A stretch of DNA of 64,000 nucleotides, from NCBI GenBank assembly GCA_963833775.1, contig CAWHZH010000013.1, positions 24,330 to 88,329 of the forward strand, written 5' to 3'. Within the stretch, counting starts at the first letter, position 1. Every line of letters starts with the position of its first letter. Positions 61,488 through 64,000 of the stretch are shown here, one piece after another. The position numbers were made by a program, and so were the translations under genes. The DNA comes from an uncultured Actinomycetota bacterium. Lineage in GTDB: Bacteria; Actinomycetota; Actinomycetes; Propionibacteriales; Nocardioidaceae. Under the pieces are notes generated by a model. That model saw nothing but the letters and a program-made list of their open reading frames with translations. It ran no database searches and had not been told where the DNA came from.

Positions 61488-62405
61488 GTGAACAGGGGGC
61501 GGCCCATGGAGAGAACTGTTCTGGCCGCAGCCGTGCTAGTCACGATCACCGCCGGCGCCTGCACGGCATGTGCCAACGAGGCACGCTCATCGTCGACCGC
61601 TGGGGCGACGCAGTCCCCGGCACCCGCTCAGTCGACACCATCATCCGCCGCTACTGCCTCCTCGGCGCGGACATCCGCAAGCGATCAGGCGCCACCGCCG
61701 CCCAAGGTCGGACAATGCCGCAACACCCCTGCGAGCAATCTCGAGGCGAACGACTGGATCGACCAGACCCGGGTCGTGAACTGTTCGAAGACGCACACCC
61801 TTGAGACCCTCGTGGTCATCAAGCCGGTCGAGAAACTGACGCTTGCGCAGGTGAAGCAGCTCGCCGGCAGCTGCGACACACCTGCGGCGGCGGGATACAT
61901 CGGCAATCCCGGGCGCTATATCAACCGCCTCTTCTACCCAGCGGTCTACTGGCCATCGCCGGCACAACGAGCCGCTGGCCAGAACTGGCTTCGCTGTGAC
62001 GTCGGCGTGCAGGCCACGACTCAGTGCTGTCTCCCGGTAGCACGCCTAGCACCACAGACGGCCTCGTTGCGCGGCGTTGTAGGTGCGGATCCGGGCCGAT
62101 TCCAACTCTGCATCGGCCAACTCCCCGACCCGAGCCGGAGCCAGCCGTTGACCTCGTGCAAGAAGCCGCACCGAGCGGAGATGCTCCCCAATGGGACGCA
62201 ACTATCAGTGACTCACTACCCCTCCGCGCCGGCACTCAGAAAGAAGGGGCAATCGGAGTGCTCCGACTTGGTCGCGCAGCGTGGCGACAGGGCCAGGCTG
62301 GTCCTCACACCCGTCTGGCAACCCAGGGCCGACTTCTCGGATGGAACCCTCTTTGGGGCGTGCTGGATTCACCGAGACTCGGGGCCGCTACCTCCCATCA
62401 CGTGA
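61488..62405 (+). CDS. Secreted/lipo-protein, septum-formation-family-like (Cys-rich)
   Basis: Signal peptide 'VLAAAVLVTITAGAC', a Ser/Ala/Pro-rich linker, then a duplicated pattern 'G.C.....V.C...H..E......P' (VGQCRN...VVNCSKTHTLE and LTSCKKPHRAE). The start is GTG 61488 or ATG 61506. Confidence 0.45.
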   Translation: MNRGRPMERTVLAAAVLVTITAGACTACANEARSSSTAGATQSPAPAQSTPSSAATASSARTSASDQAPPPPKVGQCRNTPASNLEANDWIDQTRVVNCSKTHTLETLVVIKPVEKLTLAQVKQLAGSCDTPAAAGYIGNPGRYINRLFYPAVYWPSPAQRAAGQNWLRCDVGVQATTQCCLPVARLAPQTASLRGVVGADPGRFQLCIGQLPDPSRSQPLTSCKKPHRAEMLPNGTQLSVTHYPSAPALRKKGQSECSDLVAQRGDRARLVLTPVWQPRADFSDGTLFGACWIHRDSGPLPPIT

Positions 62406-63131
62406 TCACGTCTGCCTAGGAAGTCCCTTGCGCCCCCCGCACCAACCATGACGGCGCCCGCGCGGGCGGTGCTGATGGCCCAAGTTCTGCGGCCGGACAT
62501 CGGCATGTAAGACAGCCCATCGCACGCGAGCGTCAAGCGTCGTGATGGTGCAAAGCGCCAGGTTGTGCGTTCGTCGTAGCGCGCGTTCTCCTTGAGGTGT
62601 TGCGGAATCTGACTGGGCGCCAGGGGTTGAAGCCCGCTGCCGTGCGCTGCTGGGGGACGACGAGAGTGCGGAGCGCTGCTACCGCCAGTCAGTGGAGTAC
62701 CCGGCGCGGACGCCGCTTCGGGTGGACCTGGCCCGCGCACCGTCGAAGGCATCTCCGCAAGGTGTTGGCCCAGCTCGGCATCACCTCGCGAACGACCCGC
62801 GTGACGCGCTGCCGACGACCTCGAGACGAGGCCGGGTCCGGTCCGGTCCGCGGACTAATGCCTTCACCGACGCGAACGAAGATCGACCTTGCGAGAGTTC
62901 CCGTCGGGCGTACCTAGGCGTGCCCCGTGCACGACACAGAGAACGTGTACGACCACGATCTTCACACCGAAGCAGCTCGAACCGGAGCATCTGACTCGAG
63001 CCGGCCAGATCCAGAGATCCCGGACTCCGCGATTCAAGCGAAAACCACCCAGCCCGACCGGTGGTCGGTGGCGCATGCGCGCCAGAGGATGAGATTCCGC
63101 GTACATCCACGTCGAGCGAGGACGGGCATCC

Positions 63132-64000
63132 ATGACGAGCGTCGCAGAACCGGGCACACACGCAGCCGGAGCCGCAGGCGGCGACGCGGACGAAGGCGTC
63201 GTCCACGTCCTGTGGATGAATGGCGGCCTCAGCTGCGACGGCGACTCGGTCGCCCTCACCGCGGCCACCCAGCCCAGCATCGAAGAGATCGTGCTCGGTG
63301 CGCTACCAGGCCTTCCGAAGATCGCCGTGCACTGGCCCCTCATCGACTACGAGTGCGGACCCGAGCAAGGCGCCGACAACTTCATCGAGTGGTGGCACAA
63401 GGCCGATCGCGGCGAGCTGGAGCCGTTCGTGCTCATCGTCGAGGGCTCCATCCCCAACGAGGCGATCAAGGACGAGGGCTACTGGGCGGCGTTCGGCAAC
63501 AACCCCGAGACCGGGCAGCCGATGCCGACCTCCGAGTGGCTCGACCGGCTCGCCCCGAAGGCGACGGCGGTGGTGGCCGTCGGGACCTGCGCGACGTACG
63601 GCGGCATCCACGCGATGGCGGGTAACCCGACCGGCGCGATGGGCGTGCCCGACTACCTGGGCTGGGACTGGAAGTCCAAGGCCGGCCTGCCGATCGTCTG
63701 CGTCCCCGGCTGTCCGATCCACCCCGACAACCTGTCGGAGACCCTGGTCTACCTGCTCTACCAGGTGGCGGGGCAGGCCCCGATGATCCCGCTGGACGAG
63801 GCTCTTCGGCCGCGCTGGCTGTTCGGCGCCACCGTCCACGAGGGCTGCGACCGCGCGGGCTACTACGAGCAGGGCGACTTCGCCCAGGAGTACGGCTCCC
63901 CGAAGTGCATCGTCAAGCTCGGATGCTGGGGTCCGGTCGTCAAGTGCAACGTCCCCAAGCGGGGCTGGATCAACGGGGTCGGCGGCTGCCCGAACGTGGG
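63132..64000 (+). CDS. hhyS: [NiFe]-hydrogenase small subunit, group 1h (actinobacterial high-affinity type), 5' part; the gene runs off the window end
   Basis: This ORF is absent from the ORF track because it has no stop codon. Translation from ATG 63132 gives MTSVAEPGTHAAGAAGGDADEGVVHVLWMNGGLSCDGDSVALTAATQPSIEEIVLGALPGLPKIAVHWPLIDYECGP...VAVGTCATYGGIHAM...CVPGCPIHPDN...HEGCDRAGYYEQGDFA...KLGCWGPVVKCNVPKRGWINGVGGCPNV. It has FeS-cluster cysteines and no twin-arginine signal. Confidence 0.85.
   Translation, partial: MTSVAEPGTHAAGAAGGDADEGVVHVLWMNGGLSCDGDSVALTAATQPSIEEIVLGALPGLPKIAVHWPLIDYECGPEQGADNFIEWWHKADRGELEPFVLIVEGSIPNEAIKDEGYWAAFGNNPETGQPMPTSEWLDRLAPKATAVVAVGTCATYGGIHAMAGNPTGAMGVPDYLGWDWKSKAGLPIVCVPGCPIHPDNLSETLVYLLYQVAGQAPMIPLDEALRPRWLFGATVHEGCDRAGYYEQGDFAQEYGSPKCIVKLGCWGPVVKCNVPKRGWINGVGGCPNV

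Noticed and set aside
62597-62917. The 106-aa ORF (GTG start) containing the LuxR-like 'HLRKVLAQLGITSRT' segment, considered as an intact small regulator gene.
   Set aside because: The composition is Trp/Arg-rich, GC3 is poor, there is no ATG or RBS, and the HTH is incomplete in-frame. It is better explained as a pseudogene remnant.
1-64000. Scanned by eye for tRNA/rRNA genes, CRISPR arrays, IS elements/transposases/integrases, phage genes, toxin-antitoxin pairs and known defence-system hallmarks.
   Set aside because: None was recognised. The only long DNA-level repeats are the in-frame coding repeats at 11214-12785 and the 27-nt element pair. Absence is based on visual inspection only and should be confirmed with tRNAscan-SE, Infernal, ISfinder and DefenseFinder/PADLOC.

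Overview
This is a 64-kb window of a very high-GC chromosome, with an estimated GC3 above 85% in the coding frames. Gene content looks actinobacterial; taxonomy is inference only. I support about 56 protein-coding genes plus one clear pseudogene fragment. By eye I saw no rRNA, tRNA, CRISPR array, transposase or integrase. All homology calls are motif-level recognition from memory, not searches.

Layout:
- 0-7.1 kb: a large ATPase-LuxR (LAL-type) regulator flanked by two alpha/beta-hydrolase genes and an SDR. Both hydrolase genes are preceded by the same 27-nt palindrome-containing element.
- 7.7-18.3 kb: a dense run of resistance or detoxification-type genes. These are an MFS efflux pump, an APH-like kinase, Arr rifampin ADP-ribosyltransferase, a RibD_C/DHFR-like protein, an MBL-fold protein, a GNAT and a DinB protein. 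A 1050-aa secreted protein with tandem Ig-like repeats and RTX-type repeats, and a DUF2235 (Tle1-like) hydrolase, sit among them.
- 18.3-29 kb: a TetR regulator, an amidohydrolase, an amidase and a Dpp-type ABC importer, with duplicated promoter/operator sites. A convergent NylB-like serine hydrolase follows.
- 29-35.5 kb: an orphan secreted protein, lhgO, an SDR, an XRE-cupin regulator with an orphan EboE-like TIM-barrel gene, and a PRISE-type SDR.
- 35.6-50.9 kb: a roughly 11.7-kb, 10-gene minus-strand operon. It encodes VOC, GntR, an HIBADH-like dehydrogenase, a CUT2-type ABC transporter with a fused ATPase-permease, an M24 enzyme and three MDR dehydrogenases, one of them BdhA-like. It is divergent from a fused E1 alpha-beta / E2 2-oxoacid (acetoin-type) dehydrogenase pair.
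- 51-57.9 kb: a Na+/H+ antiporter, an ndh-MBL pair, DUF4193, an acyl-ACP desaturase, a beta-helix-like lipoprotein and an SDR gene remnant.
- 58.4-62.4 kb: a DUF4397 protein, a class F sortase and a poly-lysine membrane protein as a tightly coupled triad, then a septum-formation-like protein.
- 63.1 kb to the end: the 5' part of a Tat-less group-1h-type [NiFe]-hydrogenase small subunit.

I did not recognise a clear-cut novel defence or mobile system. The three most promising unexplained items are:
- the sortase-F triad, whose putative substrate lacks a canonical sorting motif;
- the LAL regulator with two identical palindromic promoter elements;
- arr, which is translationally coupled to the giant repeat protein.
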